Shown here in pieces: positions 48,849 to 58,474 of a stretch of 64,000 bases of DNA. The DNA comes from Deltaproteobacteria bacterium (GTDB taxonomy: Bacteria; Myxococcota_A; Polyangia; JAAYKL01), in contig JAFGQN010000096.1 of assembly GCA_016935665.1 (NCBI GenBank), positions 8,841 to 72,840 of the forward strand, read 5' to 3'. The notes beneath the pieces are model-generated. The model saw nothing but the letters and a program-made list of their open reading frames with translations, did not search any database and was not told the origin of the DNA. The position numbers were made by a program, and so were the translations under genes. Position 1 is the first letter of the stretch. Every line of letters starts with the position of its first letter.

Positions 48849-49639
48849 CAACTGATGCACCTCTTTTAAAGGTTACCGATTTATCTTTTTCCATTGGCGA
48901 AAAACAGATTCTCCATAATGTGTCTTTCGACATTAAAACCGGGGAGTGGGTATCCATTGTGGGACCCAACGGCGCGGGTAAGTCCACGCTGCTCAAATGC
49001 CTCATGCGGATTTTAAAAATGGATGCTGGGGACGTCCGTTTCCTGGGAAAGGCCATCTCTCATTTATCGCAAAAGGCGCTGGCGACGCGGATTGCATATG
49101 TGCCCCAGTCCACCGGCGTTGTGTCGCCGTTTTCGGTGAGAGAGCACGTGACCCTGGCGCGTTATGCACACCTGAAGCCTCTGTGTGGCCCCCAAAAAAG
49201 AGATATGGAGGTAGTGGAATCCTGTATTGCAGAGGCGGGACTGTCCCAACTGGCGGGGCGCTCTGTGTCATCGCTCAGTGGCGGGGAACGTCAGCGCGTG
49301 TATCTGGCCGCGGCGTTTGCGCAGGAGGCGCAGCTGTTGCTCCTGGATGAACCCAATACATTCCTCGACCCCAAATGTTCGTTCGACGTATTGCAACTGC
49401 TGCAAAACGCAAATAAAAACAGAGAAACCGCCATTCTTTCGGTCACCCACGATATTAACGCTGCGGCGGTCTGCAGCGATACCATGCTGGCCCTTAGGGG
49501 CGGCGAGATAATGTATTATGGGGAAGCCACATCGTTTGTTCAGGACGCGATTTTGCAAAAAGTATATGAGGCGCCGTTTTCATTTGTACGCCATCCCGAA
49601 ACGGGCCAGAAACTCACCTTGCCCTGGCGCCTGTCATGA
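48845..49639 (+). CDS. btuD: Corrinoid/iron-chelate ABC transporter ATP-binding protein
   Basis: GPNGAGKST, YVPQ, LSGGERQRV, LLLDEP, VTHDIN. Confidence 0.85.
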   Translation: MTTDAPLLKVTDLSFSIGEKQILHNVSFDIKTGEWVSIVGPNGAGKSTLLKCLMRILKMDAGDVRFLGKAISHLSQKALATRIAYVPQSTGVVSPFSVREHVTLARYAHLKPLCGPQKRDMEVVESCIAEAGLSQLAGRSVSSLSGGERQRVYLAAAFAQEAQLLLLDEPNTFLDPKCSFDVLQLLQNANKNRETAILSVTHDINAAAVCSDTMLALRGGEIMYYGEATSFVQDAILQKVYEAPFSFVRHPETGQKLTLPWRLS

Positions 49640-50640
49640 GCGTAACTGTGTCCAGAGCAGGGTTCTTCGCTGTACTGACAGTATTGTTTATGGCGACATT
49701 AATCGTGTTGCCGTTTCTGGGCGCATCAACCATCACGCCATGGGATCTGCTGACGTCGGCCACTGATGCCATTGAGCGGGAAATCGTCTTTTCCATTCGG
49801 ATTCCCCGAGTGCTGGTGGCCATGCTGTGTGGTGCGGGCCTGGGGCTGGGCGGCATGTCTTTTCAATCCATGTTTCGCAACCCGTTGGCCACACCATTTA
49901 CTTTGGGCGTGGCCAGTGGCGCTTCGCTGGGAGCGGCGCTGTACATTCAGATTGGGGTTGTGTTTGCATTTGCAGGGATTTCCGGGGTTACTCTGGCGGC
50001 ATTTGCCGGTGCACTGACGTCCATTGCAGTGGTTTACGGTCTCACGCGATTGCGTCAGGAGCTCAGTGGCAACACCATGCTGCTGGCTGGCGTGGCGTTG
50101 AGTTTCTTTTTTTCGAGCGCCATCTTTTTTACGCAGTATCTGAGTGATTTCACCCAGTCCTTTCGAATCATGCGCTGGCTCATGGGGGGACTGGAGGTTC
50201 ACGGCTTTGGGACCGTTTTAGAGCTTTTTCCCATTATTTTGGGCGGCCTGCTGGTGGTGCTCTATTTGACCCACGATTTGAACGCATTGGCAACGGGCGA
50301 AGAAGAAGCCATTGGACGGGGCGTTAATGTGGCGCGCACTCGAAATCTCCTGTTTTTCTCGGTTTCATTTATGGTTGCAGCGGTCACTGCCACCTGTGGC
50401 CCCATTGGCTTTATAGGAATGATGTCGCCACATATCTGCAGGCTTTTAATCGGCGCCAATCATCGTTACCTCACACCGGCAACAGCCCTGTTTGGCGCCA
50501 TATTCCTGGCCTGGTGCGACACCCTGGCGCGCACACTCATCGCCCCGGCGGAAATCCCCGTTGGCATCTTCACCGCCCTTTTGGGTGGCCCCTTTTTCCT
50601 ATGGCTGCTGCTGTCTAAAAACGCAGGACATCGATTCTGA
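49636..50640 (+). CDS. btuC: Corrinoid/iron-chelate ABC transporter permease (FecCD family)
   Basis: IRIPR, QSMFRNPLATPFTLGVASGA, WLMG, GEEEA...GVNV, GPIGFIG...PH, EIPVG.FTALLGGPFF. Confidence 0.87.
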   Translation: MSVTVSRAGFFAVLTVLFMATLIVLPFLGASTITPWDLLTSATDAIEREIVFSIRIPRVLVAMLCGAGLGLGGMSFQSMFRNPLATPFTLGVASGASLGAALYIQIGVVFAFAGISGVTLAAFAGALTSIAVVYGLTRLRQELSGNTMLLAGVALSFFFSSAIFFTQYLSDFTQSFRIMRWLMGGLEVHGFGTVLELFPIILGGLLVVLYLTHDLNALATGEEEAIGRGVNVARTRNLLFFSVSFMVAAVTATCGPIGFIGMMSPHICRLLIGANHRYLTPATALFGAIFLAWCDTLARTLIAPAEIPVGIFTALLGGPFFLWLLLSKNAGHRF

Positions 50641-50652
50641 TCTGCGGGGGGA

Positions 50653-51342
50653 TTACGCGCCCATGGCTTCCAGTAATGCGGTGGCGGAGCGGTTTAAGGT
50701 GGTGAAGCGGTCGGTGTTGGCTTTTATTTCTTCGGTGGTTTGAACGTATTGGGAGCCGTCCAGTTCGTGGCCGCAATTGTCTATCAGCGCCAATGCGGAA
50801 GCGGGGGTGGTCTCCAGGTGAAACTGGAGGGCCACCACATTGTCTTCGAACACAAATCCCTGGTTGCTGCAGGCGTCGGTGGATCCGATGGAGTATGCTC
50901 CTTCGGGTATCTCGAATGTGTCGCTATGCCAGTGAAACGCGGAAATCGGCTGATTAAATACTGGCGCCAAACGGGTTTCTCTGATGCGAAGGTGCGGTAT
51001 CACATCGAACCATCCGATTTCTCTGTGTTCTCCAGGAACCACGCGGGCGCCCAACACATGGGCCAGCAGCTGTGCGCCAAGACATATACCCAATACGGTC
51101 TTTTGGGAATCAATGGCACTCTTGATAAAGTGTTTTTCAGGGGCAAGCCAGGGGTATTGTTGCTCATCGAAGATGCCCATTGGCCCCCCCATAATTACGA
51201 GCCAATCAAACGACTCCACCTTCGGCAGTGATTCGTTCAAATATTGCCGAGTGACACTGATGTCGTGCCCCTTTTTTGTGAATATCTGTTCAAAATATGC
51301 GAGATTTTCGAATTCCACATGCTGAAGGTAATGAATTTTCAT
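50653..51342 (-). CDS. Class I glutamine amidotransferase (stand-alone, GMP-synthase-like)
   Basis: LQHVEFE, IMGGPM, LGICLGAQL, EIGW, FHWH.DTF, QFHLE (Cys-His-Glu triad). Confidence 0.9.
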   Translation of the reverse strand: MKIHYLQHVEFENLAYFEQIFTKKGHDISVTRQYLNESLPKVESFDWLVIMGGPMGIFDEQQYPWLAPEKHFIKSAIDSQKTVLGICLGAQLLAHVLGARVVPGEHREIGWFDVIPHLRIRETRLAPVFNQPISAFHWHSDTFEIPEGAYSIGSTDACSNQGFVFEDNVVALQFHLETTPASALALIDNCGHELDGSQYVQTTEEIKANTDRFTTLNRSATALLEAMGA

Positions 51343-51529
51343 AGTATGCTCCTCAATAATGAAAATGTACGCATTGTTTCAGTGAGTGCAAAATGAAAAC
51401 CGGTAAATCAACAATTGCTTCATCTTTCGAAATAATGTGTTTTTTTGTATTTTATTCTGATGCAATTATCTGGACTCCCGTGGCGCGGAGTCTTTATGCT
51501 GTGCGTGATTTTTAAATGGAGTAGGACAA

Positions 51530-52228
51530 ATGGTTTTAAAAATTTCACTTGTACTCAATGGCTTGCTGCTGATTCTGGGAATATTTGTCGCTGTGCAACA
51601 ACGGGATTTGTCAACAACAGTCGAATTATTAACCCACCGGGTGACCGATTTGGAAGTGCAAAACGTGCAGCTGTCCAAACAACTGGAATGGGCGTCAAAA
51701 GGGGATAGTGGGATGCCTGGCGCCCAGAGATTCACGGCTTCGCAGCGAAACCAGTCGTTCAAATCCACCGAACGACAAGGTGGACGTGAACTCAGCCCGG
51801 ATACTGTTAGCGGAGACGGCGCAGACGCGGGGGATATTGAAAATCTGAAAGCGCACCTGCGCCAGGAAGTTGAGGAGATGGTGGCGCAGGAGCAAAACGA
51901 GTCCAGTGAAAAGCGACGTCAGGAATGGCAGGAGCGAATGCGGGATGGCATGACGGAGAGTCTGAACGATTTTGCGGAAGATCAACACCTTGAAGGGGAT
52001 GTAAAGGTTCGTTTATCGGTATTGCTGAACGAATCGATGGAAAAACGGCAAAAGTTGCGGGACGAACTGCACAATCGCAATTTGAGCTTTTATGAGTATC
52101 GGCAGGAAGAACGTAAAATGCGCGAAGAAATGGAGTCGAACCTCTCCAATATACTGGATGAGGAGCAGGTGGAAGCATTTGAAGATGCGTTTCCCATGGG
52201 ACCCAGAGGGCGACGCGGCCAGCCATGA
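51530..52228 (+). CDS. Hypothetical membrane-anchored coiled-coil protein
   Basis: N-terminal TM helix, E/R-rich helices, C-terminal ILDEEQ..AF..GPRGRRG reminiscent of Spy/CpxP-like helical proteins. GGAG/AGGA RBS. Confidence 0.6.
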   Translation: MVLKISLVLNGLLLILGIFVAVQQRDLSTTVELLTHRVTDLEVQNVQLSKQLEWASKGDSGMPGAQRFTASQRNQSFKSTERQGGRELSPDTVSGDGADAGDIENLKAHLRQEVEEMVAQEQNESSEKRRQEWQERMRDGMTESLNDFAEDQHLEGDVKVRLSVLLNESMEKRQKLRDELHNRNLSFYEYRQEERKMREEMESNLSNILDEEQVEAFEDAFPMGPRGRRGQP

Positions 52229-52242
52229 CAAATAATGAAGAA

Positions 52243-52920
52243 TCAATAAAAATAGATATCATCAATCCAGACGTTTAGAGAATCACCGTCCGGGCTTGAA
52301 AAATGCCATTGCAAAACGCTAAGGGATTTCAACACCTTTTCAATGCACACTTTATCTTCTGGCTTCGCCCAGTAGGGTTGAGCGAAATCATTTCTTAAAT
52401 TGAGGCGTACGGTGGTCCATTTTCCCGTCAGATCGGCGGTCACGGACGCTTCGTAATCCGCCCAGTGCGTCAGTGTCTTTGGAACGTTGCCGTCACAGGT
52501 TTCACCGCTGTAGAGCAACGCCACAGTCAGTCGTCCGCCGGATGCATCCCCTTTGATTTTAAATTCCAGTGTGGTGTATTTGCTCAAATCCACTTTTTTC
52601 ATCGCAGGGCAACCGGAATCGGATTTCAGAGTTACACCAAAACCAAAATAGTCCCATCCCAGTTTATTGCCCACAGTGCCCTCCACGTGCGCGGCGTATC
52701 CTTGTGCGTCGTTGCCTTTGGTGGGATTCAAAACACCCAGCGGTGTGACTTCTGTATTTCCGCCCAGACGTGCATCGTCGTACACATACCACCAACCGCC
52801 CTGTTGCGAAATGTGGTTGCCGTCTTTAAAACTGTCAATGTGCAATTTCTTTTTATCGGCCACTGCTGGTAAACTAAACAGTGCAGAGAATACAAACACT
52901 ACTGCGATTAAACTTTTCAT
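52243..52920 (-). CDS. Secreted CBM11/CIA30-like galactose-binding-fold protein
   Basis: Signal peptide ending AVA, IDSF.DG, GWWYVYDD, VDLSKY..LEFKIKG, W.TV.L, F.QP.W, VWIDDI.F. Confidence 0.65.
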   Translation of the reverse strand: MKSLIAVVFVFSALFSLPAVADKKKLHIDSFKDGNHISQQGGWWYVYDDARLGGNTEVTPLGVLNPTKGNDAQGYAAHVEGTVGNKLGWDYFGFGVTLKSDSGCPAMKKVDLSKYTTLEFKIKGDASGGRLTVALLYSGETCDGNVPKTLTHWADYEASVTADLTGKWTTVRLNLRNDFAQPYWAKPEDKVCIEKVLKSLSVLQWHFSSPDGDSLNVWIDDIYFY

Positions 52921-53009
52921 TTTACTCTCTCCCTGGAACAACCAACAGTTCGTCAGTTGAAAAATGTCTTTGGGTGACCGGTCACGTCCACCGACAGGTG
53001 GGTTCCTGT

Positions 53010-53849
53010 CTAAAAGAATTCCAATTCATCTATCCATACGTCCACATCCGCACCTTTGGCATTGCGTACATGCCATTTGATATTTTTTGCCGCCGCCAGA
53101 ACAGCTTCCACTTTTCGGTGCTTGTTGGTGTTGTTCGATTTGGCGAATTGAAAATCGTTTCTTAAATCCAATGTTACGGTCTGCCAATCGTCTGTCACAA
53201 AATCAGTAATCTGTGCTTCGTAGGCATCCACAGACTGGGGCAAGGTGGCAGCAGTGCTGGTCTCACTATCGGAAACGGTCGCATCGGAAATCAGCAGCAC
53301 CAATTCTCCGTCTGAAACGGCGCCTTTCATTTTAAAACGGATTTTGCTGAACTTTTGGATGTTCACGCCGGTGCATCCGGACGATGGGCAGGGAGGGCCA
53401 AGCAATGTGCTAACGCCAATGAACCCTTCTTTGCTCCGTTCACCTGCCGTGCCTTTAAATCGAATCGCGTACCCTTTGTCGCCATATCCCGGTGCGCTTT
53501 TCACAAAGTTGTTTTGACCCTCTGTCGACTCTGGTGGCCAGACCACCGAATTACCACCGGTGGATGCGTCACTGTACGTACACCAAACGCGTCCCAGATT
53601 GGTGGCCACCTGCACAACAGCGGGCCTGGGATGGCTTTGCAACATCCAGACACAGGCAATTCCCAACACAAATCCCAATGTTACTCCCATCGAAAAAATC
53701 GCACGAACCACGCGTTTTCGCTTTTGCCGGCGTGTACAGGTTTCCGTTGCCGTTTCCAACGCCAGGCGCAATGTCTCACGGTTTTTTGTCAGTTCAATTT
53801 CTCCAAGTCGAGCCGCCTGCAATTCCAGTTTGGTCGGTTCAATGCTCAT
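53010..53849 (-). CDS. Putative anti-sigma factor: short cytoplasmic domain, one TM helix, extracytoplasmic CBM11/CIA30-like domain
   Basis: Overlaps the ECF sigma stop by 4 nt; basic patch RRQKRKR before the TM helix; C-terminal domain paralogous to 52243-52920. Confidence 0.65.
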   Translation of the reverse strand: MSIEPTKLELQAARLGEIELTKNRETLRLALETATETCTRRQKRKRVVRAIFSMGVTLGFVLGIACVWMLQSHPRPAVVQVATNLGRVWCTYSDASTGGNSVVWPPESTEGQNNFVKSAPGYGDKGYAIRFKGTAGERSKEGFIGVSTLLGPPCPSSGCTGVNIQKFSKIRFKMKGAVSDGELVLLISDATVSDSETSTAATLPQSVDAYEAQITDFVTDDWQTVTLDLRNDFQFAKSNNTNKHRKVEAVLAAAKNIKWHVRNAKGADVDVWIDELEFF

Positions 53850-54484
53850 GTGAGATTCACTCCTTCGTTGGGGCTCGCTTCAACGAGGAGTCCATTTTGT
53901 AAAAAGAAATCTTTTTCTGTACGTGTGGAGCGTCGAAGGTGTGATATGCCTCTCGATATGAGCGACTTAATCGTCCCTTCTTTTTTGCCCAGCAATGTGG
54001 CGATTTCCTTTATGCTTTTTTCTTCAAGATAGCGCAATACAATCACTTCCTGATATTTGTTTGGCAGTTTTTCAACGTATTTGTTTACCTTGTGAAACGC
54101 GGTGTTGCGATTGACTTTCGCCTGCACATCATTAATTTCCTCCCGCAGGTCACCGCGCAGGGAGAGAGGGAGGATGTCAAGCCGTTGCAGTTCCCTCTCC
54201 AGTGCCACGGGACGATACTTTTTTTTACGTTGCCACGTTATCACTTCATTCCCCGCGATACGGTACAGCCACGCGGTCACTGGAGCACCGGTAAACATAA
54301 ACTTCCACCGGCTTCGGTGGACTTTAAAAAAAACATCCGCAGATATATCTCTGGCCACTTCCACGTCGCCAGTTCGATTCAGGACGTATCGAAAAATACA
54401 GTCATAATATGCATCATACAGTTTGAGCACGTCTATCTTCCCTTCGTCGTCCCTGAACTGTTTGTCCACATCCAGTTTATCCAT
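53846..54484 (-). CDS. ECF RNA polymerase sigma factor
   Basis: LYDAY...IFRY, A.DI.ADVF, WLYRIA.N (region 2); LP.KYQEVIVLRYLEE.S.KEIA.LLG..EGTIKS..SRG (region 4). Start set at ATG 54484. Confidence 0.92.
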   Translation of the reverse strand: MDKLDVDKQFRDDEGKIDVLKLYDAYYDCIFRYVLNRTGDVEVARDISADVFFKVHRSRWKFMFTGAPVTAWLYRIAGNEVITWQRKKKYRPVALERELQRLDILPLSLRGDLREEINDVQAKVNRNTAFHKVNKYVEKLPNKYQEVIVLRYLEEKSIKEIATLLGKKEGTIKSLISRGISHLRRSTRTEKDFFLQNGLLVEASPNEGVNLT

Positions 54485-54750
54485 GGGCCATCCCGTCTTT
54501 GTTTCGTGTCGGACACTGGTTAATAACGAATGTCCGAATGATGCGTTGCGTTTTTTTTGTCTCCCAGGATTATGTGATCGCCCGTGCTGAAAACAGTTCA
54601 AAATATCTTGCGACGCGTTGGCCGGATTTTATGATGTCGAACAGCGGGGCTATAACGATTGTGCGGTACATGCGGAACATACAGTTGAATACCCATTGGC
54701 GGGAGGCATTGCGCATCGACCATATCGCTCCTTCGGGTCAGGAGACATCG

Positions 54751-55515
54751 CTATTCTCCGGATGCGGGTGCGATCACAAAGGGTTGAGTAATATCTTCTT
54801 CGCGCCGTCGCGCTCTGGCCACGTATTCGCTTCTGTACCCTTTGCTTCGGATTTTGTCTTTCCAGAAAACGTACTGACCGCATTCGCGAACGGCATCCAC
54901 TGCTTCTTTCAGGTGGGTGTACGCTTTGTCCCTGACGGTTTGAACAATGTCATCTGTGTTGCTGCCGTAGCTTGTTCCGGTTTTAAGCGATTGCATCCCC
55001 TGGCTGACCACTGCGGCATGTTCCACTTTGGCCAGTTCAAATCCAATGAGACGCAAGGGCCTTGGATTCGCTCGGCCAATCGTCGCAAGCGCATGAAGAT
55101 CATCAATAAGGTTTATCTCCGTGGTTTCATCCGCTATTTTTTCAATTTGCGTGCGAATTTCATTAGATTCCCGATATGCAAATCGCATGGCATGGATCAG
55201 TTCTTCACGCAAATCGAACGCCTCTGGAGAATCGGCGTTCCAGCGATGTTGTGCTTCACTTTGACCCACCAGAAAATTTCGCCAAATGGACTGCGCTTCA
55301 CTGGCGGCGTCCGCACGGAAAGGCAAATCGTCCAACAGGTCTTCACAAAGTCCAGCCTGGAGCAATTGCGCCCTGTCCGTCGATGCCCAGGTGTGCAGAT
55401 TTAATGCTTCCTGAATGTATATATCCATTGGCATTGTGGGTGACAGCGTCTTTTCGGCTGGTATTGCAGTGATGTCGTGCATCATTTGATCGTAAACTAT
55501 GGCACTGGTATTCAT
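54751..55515 (-). CDS. Conserved hypothetical all-alpha protein
   Basis: AGGGGG RBS, 254 aa. Motifs P.MP.DIYIQEA.NL..W, AQS.W, FAYR, DL..LA..G, RDKAYT.LK.AVD.VRECGQYVFW, GY.SEY look like a conserved family of unknown function. Confidence 0.7.
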   Translation of the reverse strand: MNTSAIVYDQMMHDITAIPAEKTLSPTMPMDIYIQEALNLHTWASTDRAQLLQAGLCEDLLDDLPFRADAASEAQSIWRNFLVGQSEAQHRWNADSPEAFDLREELIHAMRFAYRESNEIRTQIEKIADETTEINLIDDLHALATIGRANPRPLRLIGFELAKVEHAAVVSQGMQSLKTGTSYGSNTDDIVQTVRDKAYTHLKEAVDAVRECGQYVFWKDKIRSKGYRSEYVARARRREEDITQPFVIAPASGE

Positions 55516-55769
55516 AAAATCCCCCTTGCCGTATCCATAGAATAGCTAAACTTAAACCCAGCTTGTCTGGATTGACCTGGCCAAACAAACGTTCAGTAAA
55601 ACGTGAATATAATGCAATTTTTATAGGTGTCACGGTATGATTTCCATGATTTTCATTTTTTTTGCGCTTTTGCACAAGAATGGATTGCAAATATGCAACT
55701 TAAACACCCTGATTCTGTTCATATAAACTGTCAATTGTGGTAGGAGGATACCAATTAAGTGGAGATTAC

Positions 55770-56510
55770 ATGATTCAAATTGACAAAAGATATGCAAGAC
55801 AGGTGATGCTGCCGGAAATCGGGGAGTCTGGACAGGCGCGTTTGAAATCGAGCAATGTGATGGTGATTGGGGCTGGTGGCCTGGGATCGCCACTCCTTAT
55901 GTACCTGGCAGCTGCAGGGGTGGGACACATCGCCATAGTGGATTTCGATGTTGTGGATGAAAGCAATTTAAATCGTCAGTTTTTACATACCACCCACAAT
56001 ATTGGCCAATTGAAGGTTGCGTCGGCGAAAGAAGCAATACAGCTGCTGAACCCGACTATCGAAGTCGAGTGCCACACAGCGCAACTCAATCAGGGGAATG
56101 CTCGAGAATTAATCGGGCAACGGGATTTGGTTCTGGATGCAGTGGATAGTTTTGGCGCCAAATTTGTTATCAATGATACCTGCGTGGCGCTGGCCCAGCC
56201 CTTTATTCATGCCGGTGTGACGGGAATGTCGGGTCAGCTGTACTTGTATCGACCCGGGAATGCGTGTCTGCGTTGTGTGTTTCCGCCGCTGCCCAAAGAC
56301 ATCGAAGGACCTTTGGGGCTTGGCATTGTCGGTGCCGCCGCTGGTGTAATTGGAGCACAGCAGGCATTGCTCGCCGTGAGGTTCCTGTTGGGCATCGTGG
56401 CAGAAAATCAAAATGAACTTTTGTCGTTTGATGGCGCTACGCTTCGACAACGCGCTGTTTCGATGGTTAAATCAGACAAATGCCCGGCTTGTGGCAAATT
56501 CAGTCTCTGA
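55770..56510 (+). CDS. HesA/MoeB/ThiF family adenylyltransferase
   Basis: RYARQ, GQ.RL, IGAGGLGSP, YLAAAGVG, DFD.VD.SNLNRQ, K, DAVD, CLRC and CPAC zinc sites. Confidence 0.9.
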   Translation: MIQIDKRYARQVMLPEIGESGQARLKSSNVMVIGAGGLGSPLLMYLAAAGVGHIAIVDFDVVDESNLNRQFLHTTHNIGQLKVASAKEAIQLLNPTIEVECHTAQLNQGNARELIGQRDLVLDAVDSFGAKFVINDTCVALAQPFIHAGVTGMSGQLYLYRPGNACLRCVFPPLPKDIEGPLGLGIVGAAAGVIGAQQALLAVRFLLGIVAENQNELLSFDGATLRQRAVSMVKSDKCPACGKFSL

Positions 56511-56598
56511 ATTCAATTGGAGATGCCCTGGTTGATTACACGGGCAAAATGACCCATTTGGTTGAATTATCCATTGGAAGCAGGTAAACAACGTGTCG

Positions 56599-57510
56599 AT
56601 GAAAAAAATATCCATTACATGTCTCACTTTTATTTTCCTGCAATTGCTCGGTATATTGATGCGCAACGATACGGCTGAAGCTGCCAATGAAACGCTCTCC
56701 AGCGAAGGCAGAAAACTGTTCAGCACAGGGGAGGGCGCGGTGGATGAGACCACATTCGTGCGAATTGCGTCGCGAATGGCGCTCGATGATTTCCGAGCGG
56801 CGTTGTATGGTTCCAATCGTGCGTATCGACGCATTGCGCTCAATGCGGCCGCGTATGTGGATGATCCGTGGGTGTATATTCCCTATCTGGTATCGTTCCT
56901 TTCTGCCGCTGAGCGGCAATCGGCGAGCGAAGCGGCCCGGGCCATGTTTACGGCGCTGACGCGGGTATTCGATTTGCGACGTTCGCCATTTGTTCCGCTT
57001 AAAAAGCAGGCGGCGCAGCTCAACCTTATGTTGCTGGAAGTGGCAACCAATACATCGCTGGAACCCGATGTTCGCGTGCAGGCGGTGCGGTTCGCGGCTC
57101 GAATTGAGGAAATGTCTGGCGGGGGTGGCGTCAATATGACGCAACTGCTATCTGCCGAAGATGAGGATTTGCGACTGGCGACACTGGGTGTCCTGACACT
57201 GCCGCTGAAACCGACGTACCTGCAACAGGTGGCCAAACTGGCGACTCAGGATGAGTCATTGCCGGTGCGTGGCATTGCAGTGGGGCTATTGTGTGAGAAC
57301 GCTCACAGTCACAGCGTGGCTAAGCCGTCATCTGATTTGAAAGATGTGGTAGTGGATTTGCTCAACGCCAGTAACGATGCCCTGGTGATTGCGCCAATAC
57401 TGCCGTGTATCGCACGATTTCCCTATCGGACGCGTGCAGAATTGACTGACCGAATTAACAATTGTGGCAATGAAAAAGTGATTAAATACTGGAAGACTTT
57501 GTCCCAGTGA
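56599..57510 (+). CDS. Hypothetical exported alpha-solenoid (HEAT-like) protein
   Basis: Signal-like N-terminus; repeated helical units (VRVQAVR, LRLATLG, VRGIAVG). Confidence 0.55.
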   Translation: MKKISITCLTFIFLQLLGILMRNDTAEAANETLSSEGRKLFSTGEGAVDETTFVRIASRMALDDFRAALYGSNRAYRRIALNAAAYVDDPWVYIPYLVSFLSAAERQSASEAARAMFTALTRVFDLRRSPFVPLKKQAAQLNLMLLEVATNTSLEPDVRVQAVRFAARIEEMSGGGGVNMTQLLSAEDEDLRLATLGVLTLPLKPTYLQQVAKLATQDESLPVRGIAVGLLCENAHSHSVAKPSSDLKDVVVDLLNASNDALVIAPILPCIARFPYRTRAELTDRINNCGNEKVIKYWKTLSQ

Positions 57511-57613
57511 CGCTCCTGGGACACTTCTTGCTTGATTTATAGGGGGGTTCTGCTGATAATGGCGGCAAATTAAACCTGATCTGTCGCCGAAGACGGTGAG
57601 GAAAGGAAAGGAT

Positions 57614-58384
57614 ATGATTCATCCAAAGATCATGACATTTTCTCTGTTGACACTGCTGACCATTGTATTAGTGGGCTGCGGTATTCCCCAGGAAAAGTAC
57701 GACGCCGATATGGCCAATCTGCAAAAAGTGATTGATGAGACCCGAAGTGCCAATGAGGGACTTCAGGCCAGCATCGACAAACTGAAAGGGGAGCGTAAAT
57801 CGCTGGAAGCAGAGCTTGAAGCGCTGCAGGCTGAAATTGAAAAGTTGGCCCAGGAGCGGGATGCCAACGCGGCTGCGATTGCGAAAGCGCAAAAGCGCAT
57901 CAAGTTGTTCAAGGACATGCTCTTGAAATTTAAAGAGCTGACCGAATCCGGCAAAATCAAAATCAAAATCGTTAATAACAGAATGCTGGTGGAAATGGAT
58001 TCTGCCATTCTGTTTCCCAGTGGCAGTGCCAAGCTTTCGCAGGAAGGGAAAGACGCATTGGCCGAAGTGGCGCAAGTACTGGCAACCATTGAGGATCGCA
58101 ATTTTCAGGTGGCTGGACACACGGACAACAAGCCCATTTCCAGTTCGAAATTTGATTCAAACTGGGAACTTTCCGCGGCGCGCGCCGTATCCGTTGTAGA
58201 GCATATGATCGAGAATGGCATGAATGCTGACAATTTATCGGCAGCCGGTTATGCGGATACCCAGCCCGTTTCCAGCAATGAGACAGCCAAGGGGCGTGCG
58301 GAGAATCGACGAATAGAGATAGTGCTGCTGCCGAACCTTGATGAGCTTCCCGATTTGTCTGCCCTGGAAAAAATGGTGGATTAA
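57614..58384 (+). CDS. OmpA/MotB-family peptidoglycan-binding lipoprotein with coiled coil
   Basis: Lipobox LVGC, coiled coil, ILFPSGSA.L, VAGHTDN.PI, SNWELSAARA.SV, AAGY...P...N....GRA.NRRIEI. Confidence 0.88.
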   Translation: MIHPKIMTFSLLTLLTIVLVGCGIPQEKYDADMANLQKVIDETRSANEGLQASIDKLKGERKSLEAELEALQAEIEKLAQERDANAAAIAKAQKRIKLFKDMLLKFKELTESGKIKIKIVNNRMLVEMDSAILFPSGSAKLSQEGKDALAEVAQVLATIEDRNFQVAGHTDNKPISSSKFDSNWELSAARAVSVVEHMIENGMNADNLSAAGYADTQPVSSNETAKGRAENRRIEIVLLPNLDELPDLSALEKMVD

Positions 58385-58474
58385 CCCGATTTCTGGTGCG
58401 GCGAACCTGACAAAGTTTTCTTCTTGAGTCAAACTTCACACAAAAACTGATTTATTTTATCGCGAGTGTACTGC

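Noticed and set aside
50653-51342. Glutamine amidotransferase as part of the cobalamin operon
   Set aside because: It is on the opposite strand and convergent, CobQ already has its own GATase domain, and it looks like a generic stand-alone class I GATase.
54499-55404. 301-aa plus-strand ORF
   Set aside because: It is antisense to the 254-aa gene that has the clear RBS and protein-like composition.
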